This document shows, piece after piece, positions 8,429 through 21,576 of a stretch of DNA of 64,000 nucleotides; position 1 is the stretch's first letter, and every line of letters begins with the position of its first letter. The notes below the pieces were generated by a model, which was given only the letters and a program-made list of their open reading frames with translations, did not search any database and had not been told where the DNA came from. Made by a program: the position numbers and the translations under genes. Source of the DNA: an uncultured Acidobacteriota bacterium (GTDB lineage: Bacteria > Acidobacteriota > Thermoanaerobaculia > UBA5066 > Gp7-AA6); assembly GCA_963764715.1 (NCBI GenBank), contig CAVXTP010000023.1:24085-88084 (forward strand). Reading direction: 5' to 3'.

Positions 8429-10987
8429 CTACTTCCAGCCCCGGACGAGATAGAGGTCCGAGGCCGTCACACGGTTGTGCGAGTACGCCCAGGATCGTCC
8501 GTCGGGCGTTACGCACACGGTTTCGATCCGAACGACGCCCGCGCGGTCGGCCGGCACGAGCTCCTTCCAGGGTTCCTTCTTTCCCGTCGCCAGGATCAAA
8601 CGCGTGATCGGCAGGGGCATCTCGCCGAACCGGGCGACGAAGAGCGACGCGCCGTCCGCGCTCCACTGGATCACGTCGTCGCCCGGCTCGAGGCCCGCGA
8701 TCGGCCGCCGCTCTCCGCCGTCGACGGGATAGATCCAGCCGTGGCCGCCCGGAGCGGAAACGGCGACGAGCTTGCCGTCGGGCGAGAACGCGACCCCGGA
8801 AAAGCCTGACGACGTGAGCAGGCGGGGAGCTCCGCCCGCGAGGTCGAGGACGTACCCGAGCGCATCCTTCTCCGGCTCGTTCGCTGAAAGAAAAAGCCGC
8901 TTTCCGTCGAGGGGCAGAAAGCTGGCCCACCGAATGCGCAGCTTTCCGGCCGAGATCGGCCGCGGATCCCCGGCCGCCGTCGGCAGCAGGACGAAGCGGG
9001 ACTCGGGGCCGCGGCCCAGACGCGTCAGTGCCCACTTTCCGTCGGGTGAGAGGTCGACGGCTTCACCGTCCCCCAGACGGGCGGCCGGTGCTCCGTCCGT
9101 CGAACGCAGGTAAACGGAACCCTCCGGTCCGCCTCCCTCGCCCTGCTCGGAGAAGAGCATCATCTGACCATCGGGTGAGAGGGAGGTGAGCTGGCTCTGG
9201 TCGAGCCAGGACAGGTCCCGGGGGGCAGTGCCCGCCGAGGCGAAGATGACCTCGCGCGTATTGATCTCCCGCTCCACCAGCACGCTTCCGTCCTTCGCGA
9301 TGTCGTGGAGGACTTCGAGATCGGCGGTCGGCGCGATGGTCCGGATGCGGCCGTCGAGATCAGCCGCGAAGATGCCCGTGCCCGTCTCGGGACGAATCGC
9401 CGTGAACCACACCTCGCGTCCCGATGGATGCCAGGCCAGGCTGTCGACGTAAATGAAATCCTTCGCGATCGTCCGGTGCTTGCCGGCCGTGTCGATCAAC
9501 ACGACCAGACCTTTTTCGATCATCGCGACGTTACGCCCGTCCGGCGAAACGCGCGGGAAACCCCCATCGACGGCGGACAGGCGTTTTCCGATCGGATATT
9601 CGAGCACGCCCTTGCCATCGACATCCCTCAACACGGCGAGGCTCGCGCCGTCGGGCGCCCAGTCGGCGTTGAGGACGTTCTCCAGGATCTGGCGCGGCGT
9701 GCCGCCCGCCAGCGGGACGCGGGCGAGCGTACCGGTTCCGACGACGCCGAAGAGGTTGCTCTTCTTCAGGAGAATCGCGAGCTCGCCGGTCGGGGAGACC
9801 GAAAGGAGATTCGCGCCCGGAATCCCGAGGGAGCGCGTCTCCGGGCTGCCGATGCGCGTGAGGTAGATCTCCGCAGGGCGGTCTCCCCAGGAGGCGCTGT
9901 AGACCACGTTCTGAGCGTCGGCGGTCAGACGCGCGTAGAGGACGTTGCCCCGCCGGAAGGTGACCCGCTGGTGGACTGGTGTCGAGGCCTGTCTGGCCGA
10001 GGCCGCGGGGCGCCGACCAATCCAGAAGCCCAGGAGCACGAGGGCCGCCGCGGCCGCGGCAACCCCCAGAACGATCCCCCCACGGGAGCCCCGACGGGTG
10101 GCACCGACGGGCGCCATGCCGGAAACTGCGGAGGTTCCGGAAAGCGCCTCGAGATCGAACGCAAGATCGTGCGCCGAGTGAAAGCGCTGCTCCGGATTTT
10201 TCTCGAGGCAGTGGCGGACGATCCGCTCGAGGCCGGGCGAGATGTTCTGGTTGGTGACCGAGAGCTCCGGCGGATCCTCCCGGAGGATCGCCGACATGGT
10301 GTCCGCCGCCGAGTCGCCGTGGAAGGCGCGGCGGCCCGAAAGCATCTCGTAGAGGATCGCGCCGAAGGAGAAGATGTCGGAGCGGGCGTCGGCGGGCCGG
10401 CCCCGCACCTGCTCGGGCGACATGTAGCCGAGCGTGCCCATGACGACGCCGGGCTCGGTCCCCGCCGTCGCGGTCGGGAGCCCCGTGACCTGGGAGCCTT
10501 CTTCCTGGTGCGTGAGCTTGGCGAGACCGAAGTCGAGGATCTTGAGACGTCCGTCCTTCGTGACGAAGAGATTTTCGGGCTTGAGGTCCCGATGGACGAT
10601 GCCCTTCTCGTGCGCGGCGGCGAGGCCGTGCGCGATCTGGAGCGAGTAGTCGACGGCCTTGCGGGGCGAGAGCTTGCTTCCGGCGAGCACCGACCGCAGG
10701 GATTCGCCCTCGAGCAGCTCCTGGACGACGTAGGGAGCGCCGTCGGCGGAGCCGATGTCGTAGACCGCCGTGATGTTGGGATGATTCAGGACCCCCGCAG
10801 CCCTGGCCTCCTGCTCGAAGCGGCGCAGGCGGTCGGGGTCGGCGGAGAACGAAGCGGGCAGAATCTTGACCGCCACCTCGCGCCCGAGGCGCGGATCGCG
10901 GGCCCGGTACACCTCGCCCATCCCTCCCGCGCCGATCGGGCCGAGGATCTCGTAAGGCCCGAGCTTCGAGCCGACGGCGAGGGTCAC
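8429..10987 (-). CDS. Ser/Thr kinase, TM helix, beta-propeller (852 aa)
   Basis: GTG 10987 ([14 protein letters not shown]) overlaps the upstream TGA; [14 protein letters not shown]; TM IVLGVAAAAAALVLLGFWIG. Confidence 0.92.
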   Translation of the reverse strand: MTLAVGSKLGPYEILGPIGAGGMGEVYRARDPRLGREVAVKILPASFSADPDRLRRFEQEARAAGVLNHPNITAVYDIGSADGAPYVVQELLEGESLRSVLAGSKLSPRKAVDYSLQIAHGLAAAHEKGIVHRDLKPENLFVTKDGRLKILDFGLAKLTHQEEGSQVTGLPTATAGTEPGVVMGTLGYMSPEQVRGRPADARSDIFSFGAILYEMLSGRRAFHGDSAADTMSAILREDPPELSVTNQNISPGLERIVRHCLEKNPEQRFHSAHDLAFDLEALSGTSAVSGMAPVGATRRGSRGGIVLGVAAAAAALVLLGFWIGRRPAASARQASTPVHQRVTFRRGNVLYARLTADAQNVVYSASWGDRPAEIYLTRIGSPETRSLGIPGANLLSVSPTGELAILLKKSNLFGVVGTGTLARVPLAGGTPRQILENVLNADWAPDGASLAVLRDVDGKGVLEYPIGKRLSAVDGGFPRVSPDGRNVAMIEKGLVVLIDTAGKHRTIAKDFIYVDSLAWHPSGREVWFTAIRPETGTGIFAADLDGRIRTIAPTADLEVLHDIAKDGSVLVEREINTREVIFASAGTAPRDLSWLDQSQLTSLSPDGQMMLFSEQGEGGGPEGSVYLRSTDGAPAARLGDGEAVDLSPDGKWALTRLGRGPESRFVLLPTAAGDPRPISAGKLRIRWASFLPLDGKRLFLSANEPEKDALGYVLDLAGGAPRLLTSSGFSGVAFSPDGKLVAVSAPGGHGWIYPVDGGERRPIAGLEPGDDVIQWSADGASLFVARFGEMPLPITRLILATGKKEPWKELVPADRAGVVRIETVCVTPDGRSWAYSHNRVTASDLYLVRGWK

Positions 10988-13649
10988 TTGGTCGCGTCCG
11001 GCAGCGTCATCTGCCAGATGTCGGCGTTGTCGCTCGTGCGCACGACGTAACAGGTGCCGGCCCCCCGGACGCACGCGACGTCCTGGAAGGCGCCGTTCGC
11101 GGGCCGCTCGAGGACGACGCGGGTCTCTCCCGACTCGAGGTCGGTGACCACCAGATCGCGGTCCACGGTGAGAAGGAAGTGCGTTCCGAGAAACGCGCCG
11201 CGGCGGACCCGGCCGATCGACTCCGTTCCGCGAACGGGGCGGACGACCGCGCCCGGTCCCGGCGAATAGACGGCCAAAGACTGGCTGACGAGGTCCGGGA
11301 GCCGGATCACGGAGCCGGCCAGCGTCTTGCCGTCGGGCGACCAGGCGAGGGGGTCGAAGAAGGTGCCGGGAGCGGGCGGCGGAATGACCTCGATGCGGGG
11401 AGCGGCGCCCGAGTCGTCCAAACGGATGATCGAGCCGCTGTGGCCGCTGTTGGTCGAAATGGCCCGCCCGTCGGGCGACCACGCGGCCTCGATGATCAGA
11501 TCGGTCGCCTGCGTGAGCGGCTTCAAGGCGCTGCCGTCGCGCCCGACGGTCCAGATCTGGTATCGGTCCCCGCGATCGGAATGAAACGCGATGCGCTTGC
11601 CGTCGGGGGAAAAGCTCGGGCCGCGGTCCTTCGGGACGTCGTCGGTGATCTGCCGGAGATTCTTGCCGTTGCTGTCGACGAGGAAGAGGTCGTCCTGGGC
11701 GGCGCCGCGGGAGTCGAAGGAGATGACGCTGCCGTCGGGCGAGACGTCGATGTCCGCCATCTCCTGCGATCCGCCGAGGATCTGCTCGGGCTTGCCCGCG
11801 AGCTTTCCGGAGGCGGCGTCGAACACGAGGCGGTCGATCGAATAGGTGTTCTCCCGGACGACGTAGGCGGCTCGCCGCCCGTCGCGCGAGAGCGCGAAGC
11901 CGCCCACCTCGCGCGCCGGAAGGACCTGCGCCTCGGGCGGCCCGAGCGGTCGGCCCGTCGCCTCGTCGATCGGAACCTTCCAGAGGTTCATCGAGCCGCT
12001 GCGATTCGAGAGGAAGTAGAGTGTTTTTCCGTCCGGTCCCCAGACCGGATACCAGTCGATCGCCGCGTCCTGCGTCACGGGGACCGGCTTCTCTCCGGCC
12101 GCGAGGCCCTTGGACGGCATCGTCCAGATGTCGCGCTGGCTGCCGCCGGCCGGGAGGCCCCAGTAAGCGATGCGAAGCCCGTGGGGCGAGACGTCCGGCT
12201 GGATGGCGTCGACGTCCCCGGAGAGCTTCCGCGTCTTTCCGCTGGCGACGTCGATCGACCAGAGCTCGCTCGTCCCCGTGCGGCCGTACGGCCCGACGAC
12301 GAGCTCCGTCGCGTAGACGATCTCCTTGCCGTCGGGCGACCACGCGGGGCTCGAACCGACGCTCGTCAGACGCCGCGCGCTCTCGCCGGTGGCGCCCATG
12401 ACGAAGAGCCCTCCCTCGCCGCACTGCCCCCCGTACGCGATGAGGTTCCCGTCGGGGGAGAAGGCCGGCGTGTAACTGTCGCGGTCGCAATCCGGGGTCA
12501 GGTCGATCGGATTCCGGCCGCCGGCCCGCTGGACCCAGATGTCGGTCTTGGCGCCGGCGCGGTGGACGAAGGCGACCGTCTGGCCGTCCGGCGAGAGGGT
12601 CGGCGAGGTCTCGGTTCCGGAGAGGTTCGTGAGCCTTCGGAACGTGGCGCCGGCGAGCGCCCCGGTTCCGGGAGCCGGCTTCGTCCCGCGCAGCGCGAGG
12701 TACGCGGCCGCCGCCCCCGCGAGCGCCCCGAGCACGACGAGAACCGCCGGCATGAGCTTGAGCCGCCGCCGGGCCGGAGCGACGACGGCCTGCCCGGTCG
12801 TGCCGGAGAGCGCGGCCAGGTCGAATCCGAGATCGTGCGCGGAGTGGAACCTCTGCTCCGGATTTTTCTCCAGGCAGTGCCGCACGATCCGCTCGAGGCC
12901 CGGCGAGATGCTCTGATTGGTGACCGAGAGGTCCGGCGGGTCCTCCTTGAGGATCGCCGCCATCGTCTCGCCGGCGGAGTCGGCGTGGAACGCGCGCTTG
13001 CCCGAGAGCATTTCGTACAGGATCGCCCCGAAGGAGAAGATGTCGGAGCGCGCGTCGGCCGGCTTGCCTTTGACCTGTTCGGGCGACATGTAGCCGAGCG
13101 TTCCCATGACGACGCCGGGCTCGGTGCCCGCGGCCGTGGGGAGATTTGTCTGGGGGCCCGATCCCTCGCCGACCTGCGTCAGCTTCGCGAGGCCGAAGTC
13201 GAGGATCTTGACGCGGCCGTCCTTCGTGACGAAGAGGTTCTCGGGCTTCAGGTCCCGGTGGACGATGCCCTTCTCGTGCGCCGCCGCGAGCCCGTGGGCG
13301 ATCTGAATCGCGTAGTCGATCGCCTTTCGCTGCGCGACGCGGCCGCCGGCGAGCACGGCCCGCAGCGTCTCTCCCTCGAGGAGCTCCTGGACGACGTACG
13401 GCGCGCCGTCGACCTCCCCGATGTCGTAGACGGCGGTGATGTTGGGGTGGTTCAGGACGCCGGCGGCCTTGGCCTCCTGCTCGAACCGGCGCAGCCGGTC
13501 GGCGTCGGCGGAGAACGACGCCGGCAGCACCTTGATCGCGACTTCGCGCGAGAGGCGGGGGTCCTTCGCGCGATAGACCTCTCCCATTCCCCCGGCGCCG
13601 ATCTGGCCGAGGATCTCGTAAGGACCGAGCTTCGAACCGGCGGCGAGAG

Positions 13650-13653
<4 letters not shown>
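10984..13653 (-). CDS. Ser/Thr kinase, TM helix, PD40 beta-propeller (889 aa)
   Basis: GTG 13653 ([14 protein letters not shown]) overlaps the upstream TGA; kinase motifs; [24 protein letters not shown]; SPDG repeats. Confidence 0.92.
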
Positions 13654-16212
<2,559 letters not shown>

Positions 16213-16254
16213 CTCAGACCATCCCCTCGTCCTCTCGCTTCACGGCACTCTCCC

Positions 16255-16415
16255 TACCGCTCGCGGCGCGAATAGTCTCCCGAGCGGAGCGAGGGAGGAG
16301 GTTCGCGCCGCGGGAGCGAAGCGCAGCGAGGGGGCCAGGCTTGCGGTCGAGCCCACAGGCGAGCCGCAAGCCGGTGCGCCCGCAGGGCGCAGACCCCCGA
16401 GCAAGCGAAGCGACG
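16255..16415. repeat. Multi-hairpin palindromic (REP/MITE-like) element
   Basis: Stems CGCGGCGCGAA/TTCGCGCCGCG, GGCTTGCGG/CCGCAAGCC and TGCGCCC/GGGCGCA; recurring GAGCGAAGCG-like motif. Confidence 0.6.
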
Positions 16416-16477
16416 GGAACCGGCGGAGAGAGACATCGGAATTGCGAGGATTCTATCCGGCCCGTCCCGTTGACTCC

Positions 16478-17836
16478 CTAATTTCGCTTCGCGCCGGTCG
16501 CGCGCTCGATCTCGTCGGCCGAGTAGGGGAGCCCCGGCGTCAGGACCTCGTGACCGTCCTTCGTGACGAGGACCATGTCTTCGAGGTAGAAGCCCTGGCC
16601 CTCGACCGAGAAAATCGGCTCGAAGGCGAGGACCATCCCGGCGCGCAAGGTGTCCGGCATGCCCTCGGCGGCCTCGAGGCCGACGCCGTGCGCCTCCCAG
16701 TACTTGAGACCATCGGGCGCGAGGAGGACCTCGGCGGCCGTTCGCCCGAGCGCCGTCGAGAGCGAGGGCTGGCGGCGCCGGATCTCGGCGAGGCTCGCGG
16801 CGAACACGTCGTCGCGCCGCGCTCCGTCCCGGAACTTCGAGAGGCCCGCGCGATAGGCGCCGATCAGGAGCTCCCAGGTCTCGCGCTGGCCCGCGTCGAA
16901 GCGGCCCGAGACCGGAACGGTGCGCCCGACGTCGCCGCGGTAGTGGTCGACGTCGCAGCCGACGTCGACCCGGACGACCTCGCCGGACTGCATCCGGCGG
17001 TTCAGGTGCCGGTAGTCGGCGAGCGACTCGAAGGGCGCCGGGAAGGCGCTCGTCGGGCCCGCCATCGTCCACGGCCAGAAGGACGGCCCCTCCGCGCCGG
17101 CGTCGATGCAGGCCGAGATGACGGCGGCCTCGGCCTCGCGCTGGGGCCGTCCCGGGCGCACGGCCGACATGCCGGCGCGCAGGGCCTGCGCGCTCGCCGA
17201 CCCGACGCGGCGCAGGACCTCGATCTCCGCCGGCGACTTGATCGAACGCATGTCCAGGAGGACCGCGTCGGCCGGCTTGAGACGCCCCGCGGGCCAGAGC
17301 TCCGCGATCGCGTGGTTCCAGGCCGCCTGCGGATCGTCGAGGGCGATGTCGAGGGGAAAGCCGTGGGGATCGACGGCCCCGACGGTGTAGAGGAAGACGC
17401 CCGTCGCCTCCTGGCGGCGCGTGAGGAAGGCCGACAGTCCCTTCCGACTGACCACGTGGTCGAGGCCGAACGCCTTCTCCGACGCGGCGCCCGAGGCGAT
17501 GAGCGGCGTCTTGAGGTGGCGTGCGATGCCGGAGAGCTTCTCGGGCACGAACAGCCACGTCTCCTTCGCGGCCCCGTCGATGGCGAGGACCGCGCCGGCG
17601 GCGCTCGAGAGTCCGGTGAAGTAGAGGAAGTTCGGGTCCTGCAGGTAGCCGTACTGGACGAAATCGGCCTCTCGGGGAGTGGCGGAGGCAAGCAGCAGCA
17701 CGCCGTCCGGCATCCGCCGCATGGCCTCGGCTCGCCGGGCCGCGAACTCGGAGGGCGCGAGCTCGGCTCCGGCAGCCGGGGAGGCGAGCGCCAGGCTCGC
17801 CGCCGCCGCAAGCAGGTATGAAACGTGCACTCTCAT
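16478..17836 (-). CDS. Exported Xaa-Pro aminopeptidase-like M24 peptidase
   Basis: Signal peptide; AMP_N-like QDPNFLYFTG; metal ligands in DVG, DVGRT, HGVG, FEP and LED. Confidence 0.88.
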   Translation of the reverse strand: MRVHVSYLLAAAASLALASPAAGAELAPSEFAARRAEAMRRMPDGVLLLASATPREADFVQYGYLQDPNFLYFTGLSSAAGAVLAIDGAAKETWLFVPEKLSGIARHLKTPLIASGAASEKAFGLDHVVSRKGLSAFLTRRQEATGVFLYTVGAVDPHGFPLDIALDDPQAAWNHAIAELWPAGRLKPADAVLLDMRSIKSPAEIEVLRRVGSASAQALRAGMSAVRPGRPQREAEAAVISACIDAGAEGPSFWPWTMAGPTSAFPAPFESLADYRHLNRRMQSGEVVRVDVGCDVDHYRGDVGRTVPVSGRFDAGQRETWELLIGAYRAGLSKFRDGARRDDVFAASLAEIRRRQPSLSTALGRTAAEVLLAPDGLKYWEAHGVGLEAAEGMPDTLRAGMVLAFEPIFSVEGQGFYLEDMVLVTKDGHEVLTPGLPYSADEIERATGAKRN

Positions 17837-17885
17837 CGGCCGACCTCCTGGAGGAGGAGATAATCCCACGTCACGAGGTGAGCTC

Positions 17886-18743
17886 ATGGAAGACGGAAGC
17901 GGCGGAGGACTGGTTCGCAACCGCGGCTGCGGCCGGCTGCTCATCGCGCTCGTGATCGCGGCGGTCGGCATCATCGCGTACATGAGCCGCACCGAGGTCA
18001 ATCCCGTGACGGGCGAGAAGCAGCACGTGGCCCTGTCGGTCGACCAGGAAAAGGTCCTGGGCCTCGAAGCGGCGCCCGAGATGGCCCAGAAGATGGGGGG
18101 CGACGTCGACCCCAGCGACCCCTCCGCGCGCCTGGTCGCCGAGGTGGGCGGGCGCGTCGTTTCCCGCAGCAACGCGGGCACGAGCCCGTACGCCGGCAAT
18201 TTCCGGTTCCACCTTCTCGCAGACCCCGAGACCGTGAACGCTTTCGCGCTCCCGGGGGGTCAGATCTTCGTCACGCGGGGCCTCGTCGAACGGCTCCGGA
18301 CCGAGGCGGAGCTCGCGGGCGTCCTCGGCCACGAGGTCGGCCACGTCATCCACCGGCATTCCGCGGAGCAGATGGCCCAGGGCCAGCTCGGCGCGATGCT
18401 GTCGCAGGCGGTCGGCGTGGCGGCGTCCGACGGTTCGGACGGAGGCCAGCACGCCGCGATGGTCGCGGCGATGGTCAACCAGATGGTGCAGTTGAAGTAC
18501 AGCCGCAAGGACGAGTCCGAGTCGGACCGGTACGGCATCGACGCGATGGCGTCGGCCGGATACGACCCGAAGGCGATGCTCGAGGTCATGGAGATCCTCA
18601 AGCAGGCGAGCGGCGGGCAGCATCCGCCCGAGTGGCTCTCCTCGCATCCTCTGCCCGAGACCCGGATCGAGGAGATCCGGGAGTACCTCCGCCAGCGCTC
18701 GGCGAGCGACGCCGGGCTCAGCGAGGGGCGGTCGTTGCGGTGA
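17886..18743 (+). CDS. M48 family zinc metallopeptidase
   Basis: NAFALPGG, HEVGH (HExxH), YSRKDESESD, SSHP; N-terminal TM. Confidence 0.92.
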   Translation: MEDGSGGGLVRNRGCGRLLIALVIAAVGIIAYMSRTEVNPVTGEKQHVALSVDQEKVLGLEAAPEMAQKMGGDVDPSDPSARLVAEVGGRVVSRSNAGTSPYAGNFRFHLLADPETVNAFALPGGQIFVTRGLVERLRTEAELAGVLGHEVGHVIHRHSAEQMAQGQLGAMLSQAVGVAASDGSDGGQHAAMVAAMVNQMVQLKYSRKDESESDRYGIDAMASAGYDPKAMLEVMEILKQASGGQHPPEWLSSHPLPETRIEEIREYLRQRSASDAGLSEGRSLR

Positions 18744-19428
18744 CGGCGGGCAGGGCGAGCGTCTCGCCCTGGCGGGGAACGATCCGGTTCTGAAGAGGGG
18801 GCACCCTCTCGTCCGCCTGGTGGTGGTAGCAGACGACCTGCCGCGCGTCGATCCGCCCCTTGCTCTCGGCGACCCTCTGGATCAGCCACGGCGAGACGAA
18901 CGCGAAGTCGAGGCTCCTCATCGCGAGGAGCTCCGCCGCGCTGTCCGTGTCGCCCGTGAAATAGAGGCGAAGGCCGTGCCAGGTCACGAGGTAGGAGGCG
19001 TGGCCGACCGGCCCGTGGGGCGTCGTCTGCGCCTCGATCTCGATGTCGCGGTATCGCATCCGGGGCGCGAACGGGATCGTCCGCTCCTTCGGGACGCGGG
19101 CCTCGACGTCGGGCGGCGCGATCAGCATCGCGTCCATCTTCGAGAAGAGGGGCGGGTCGAAGTGGTCCCGGTGCCCGTGGGTCACGAGGCAGAGGGCGCC
19201 CCTGGCCTTCGGCACGGCGGCGAAGTCGTACGTCATGTAGCCCGAGTAGCCGGATTCGTAGGGGAAGTCGGTGTAGATCGTCGTCGTTCCGTCCGTGATG
19301 GCGAAGGCCATGTTGCCGATGAACGTGGCGAGCAGCGGGATGGATTTCGATCCCGCACCCTCGGCCAGAACGAGGGAGGCCGCGAGGACCGCCGCGACGA
19401 CAGCGACCGCAACCCGCACCCGGTTCAT
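18718..19428 (-). CDS. Exported MBL-fold metallo-hydrolase
   Basis: Signal peptide; THGHRDH and YFTGDT motifs; ATGA overlap with the upstream gene. Confidence 0.85.
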   Translation of the reverse strand: MNRVRVAVAVVAAVLAASLVLAEGAGSKSIPLLATFIGNMAFAITDGTTTIYTDFPYESGYSGYMTYDFAAVPKARGALCLVTHGHRDHFDPPLFSKMDAMLIAPPDVEARVPKERTIPFAPRMRYRDIEIEAQTTPHGPVGHASYLVTWHGLRLYFTGDTDSAAELLAMRSLDFAFVSPWLIQRVAESKGRIDARQVVCYHHQADERVPPLQNRIVPRQGETLALPAVTATTAPR

Positions 19429-21527
19429 TTCGTGATCCCCATCTGCGCCAGCTCGAAGGCGTAGTCGAACGCAATCTCCTTCAGCTTGTCGTAGCGCCCG
19501 GAGGAGCCGCCGTGGCCTCCCGACATGTTGATCTTGAAGATCAGGGGATTCGAGTCGGTCTTGAGCGTCCGAAGCTTCGCGACGTATTTCGCGGGCTCCC
19601 AGTACATGACCTGCGAATCGTCGAAGGACGTCTTCACGAGCATCGCCGGGTACGCCTTGGCCTCGAGGTTGTCGTAGGGGCTGTACGACTTCATGTACTC
19701 GTACTGCTCCCGGACCTTCGGGTTTCCCCACTCCTCGAACTCGCCGACGGTCAGGGGCAGCGACTCGTCGAGCATCGAGTTGATCACGTCGACGAACGGC
19801 ACCCGCGCGACGACGGCGCGGAAGAGGTCCGGACGCAGGTTGACGACCGCGCCCATCAGGAGCCCGCCGGCCGAGCCTCCCTCGATGACGAGGCGGTCGG
19901 TCGAGGTGAACTTGTCCGTCACCAGCGCCTCGGCGCAGGCGATGAAGTCGGTGAAGGTGTTCTTCTTCTTGAGCATCTTTCCCTGGTCGTGCCAGGCCTT
20001 GCCCAGGTCGCCGCCGCCCCGGATGTGGGCGACGGCGTACACGACGCCGCGGTCGAGCAGGCTGACGAGCGTCGAATCGAAGCCGGCGTCGCTCGAGGCG
20101 CCGTAGGAGCCGTAGGCCGTCAGGAGGAGCGGCGCTTTGCCGTCGGCGACGAGGCCCTTGCGGTAGACGAGCGAGATCGGGATCTTCGTCCCGTCGGCGG
20201 CCGTCGCGTAGCGCCGCTCCGAGGCGTACCGGGCCGGGTCGTATCCGCCGAGGACCTCCTGCTGCTTCAGGAGACGCCGTTCCTTCGTCTTCATGTCGAA
20301 GTCGTAGACGGAGGGCGGGGTCGTGAAGGACTCGTACTCGATGCGGAGCGTCTGCGTGTCGAATTCCTTGTTGTTCTGCACCGTGGCGTAATAGATCGCC
20401 TCCGGGAACTCGATGCGGTAACCGTTCTCGACGGCGGCGTCGGCGACCCGGATGCGGGGCAGGGCATCCTGGCGCTCGGAGAGCACGGTCCAGTTCGCGA
20501 AGAGGTCGAAGTCCTCGAGCATCACGTCGTCGCGGTGGGCCACGACTTCCTTCCAGTTCGCGCGCTTCGGGTCCGCCGCCGGCGCCGAGACCAGCCGGTT
20601 GTTGCGGCCCCGGTCGTTGGTCAGGATGTAGAAGAGGTCGCCGCGGTGGTCGACGGAGTACTCGTGCTCCTGCTCGCGCGGCGCGACGATCCGCAGCTCG
20701 GCCGCGGGGGTGGCGGCCGGGACGTACCTCCACTCCGAGGTGGTGTGGCTGTGGACCGGGAAGAAGACGTACGCGCCGCTGCGCGAGCGGAAGGTCGCGA
20801 CGCGGAAGCGCTCGTCCTTTTCCTCGTAGAGGAGCGCGTCGGTCGAGGGGTCCGTGCCGACCCTGTGGCGGTAGATGCGGTGGGGACGCTTGGCCGCATC
20901 CGTCGTCGTGTAGAAGAGGGTCTTGTTGTCCGGCGCCCAGGCGACCGAGCCGACCCGCGCGACGCTTTCCGGAAGCCGCTGGCCCGTCGTCAGGTCCTTG
21001 ATCCACAGCGTGTAGTCCCGGAAGCCGGTGTTGTCGGTCGAGTAGGCCAGGAGGCGGCCGTCGTCGGAGACGGTCCGCGCCCACACGTTCATGAAACGCT
21101 CGCCCTTCGCGAGCTCGTTGACGTCGAGGTAGATCTCCTCGGGCGCCTCGAGGCGGCCCTTCTTGCGGCAGTAGATCGGGTACTGCTTTCCCTTTTCGGT
21201 CCGCGCGTAGTAGTACCAGCCGTGCTCGCGGTAGGGGACCGAGAGGTCCGTCTCCTTGATGCGCGCGAGCATCTCGTCGTAGAGGGCCTTCTGGAACCCC
21301 TCCGTCGGTTTCATGAAGGCCTCGGCGAACGCGTTCTCCTTCTCGAGGTAGGCCTTCACCTCGGGGTTGTCGCGCTCGCGCATCCAGAAGTAGGGGTCGA
21401 CGAGCTCGTCTCCGTGCAGCTTTTGCATGTGGGGCACCTTCTTCGCGACCGGCGCCGAGCCGGTGTCGGCGGCGGCGAGCGGCAGGGCCGCGGCCAGGAC
21501 CGCGACCGCCATGGCGGTTCGGAACAT
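19425..21527 (-). CDS. ptrB: Oligopeptidase B (S9A) with signal peptide
   Basis: GGSAGG nucleophile motif; DPYFWMR, YGSYG, EEWGNP, DSQV, GHGG. Confidence 0.92.
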   Translation of the reverse strand: MFRTAMAVAVLAAALPLAAADTGSAPVAKKVPHMQKLHGDELVDPYFWMRERDNPEVKAYLEKENAFAEAFMKPTEGFQKALYDEMLARIKETDLSVPYREHGWYYYARTEKGKQYPIYCRKKGRLEAPEEIYLDVNELAKGERFMNVWARTVSDDGRLLAYSTDNTGFRDYTLWIKDLTTGQRLPESVARVGSVAWAPDNKTLFYTTTDAAKRPHRIYRHRVGTDPSTDALLYEEKDERFRVATFRSRSGAYVFFPVHSHTTSEWRYVPAATPAAELRIVAPREQEHEYSVDHRGDLFYILTNDRGRNNRLVSAPAADPKRANWKEVVAHRDDVMLEDFDLFANWTVLSERQDALPRIRVADAAVENGYRIEFPEAIYYATVQNNKEFDTQTLRIEYESFTTPPSVYDFDMKTKERRLLKQQEVLGGYDPARYASERRYATAADGTKIPISLVYRKGLVADGKAPLLLTAYGSYGASSDAGFDSTLVSLLDRGVVYAVAHIRGGGDLGKAWHDQGKMLKKKNTFTDFIACAEALVTDKFTSTDRLVIEGGSAGGLLMGAVVNLRPDLFRAVVARVPFVDVINSMLDESLPLTVGEFEEWGNPKVREQYEYMKSYSPYDNLEAKAYPAMLVKTSFDDSQVMYWEPAKYVAKLRTLKTDSNPLIFKINMSGGHGGSSGRYDKLKEIAFDYAFELAQMGITK

Positions 21528-21576
21528 CGTTTCCTCCGGGGGTTGCCGGGGTCGCGATCTTACCGCCGGGGCGGGC

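Noticed and set aside
4850-8809. Large antisense ORFs such as this 1319-aa one, and many others
   Set aside because: They lie opposite well-supported genes and show no recognisable motifs
8429-12490. Long N-terminal extensions of ORFs (also 21427..26103, 26245..30339, 52154..56563, 32713..35730)
   Set aside because: Stop-poor shadow frames of high-GC neighbouring genes; the real starts have an RBS or overlap plus signal or kinase N-termini
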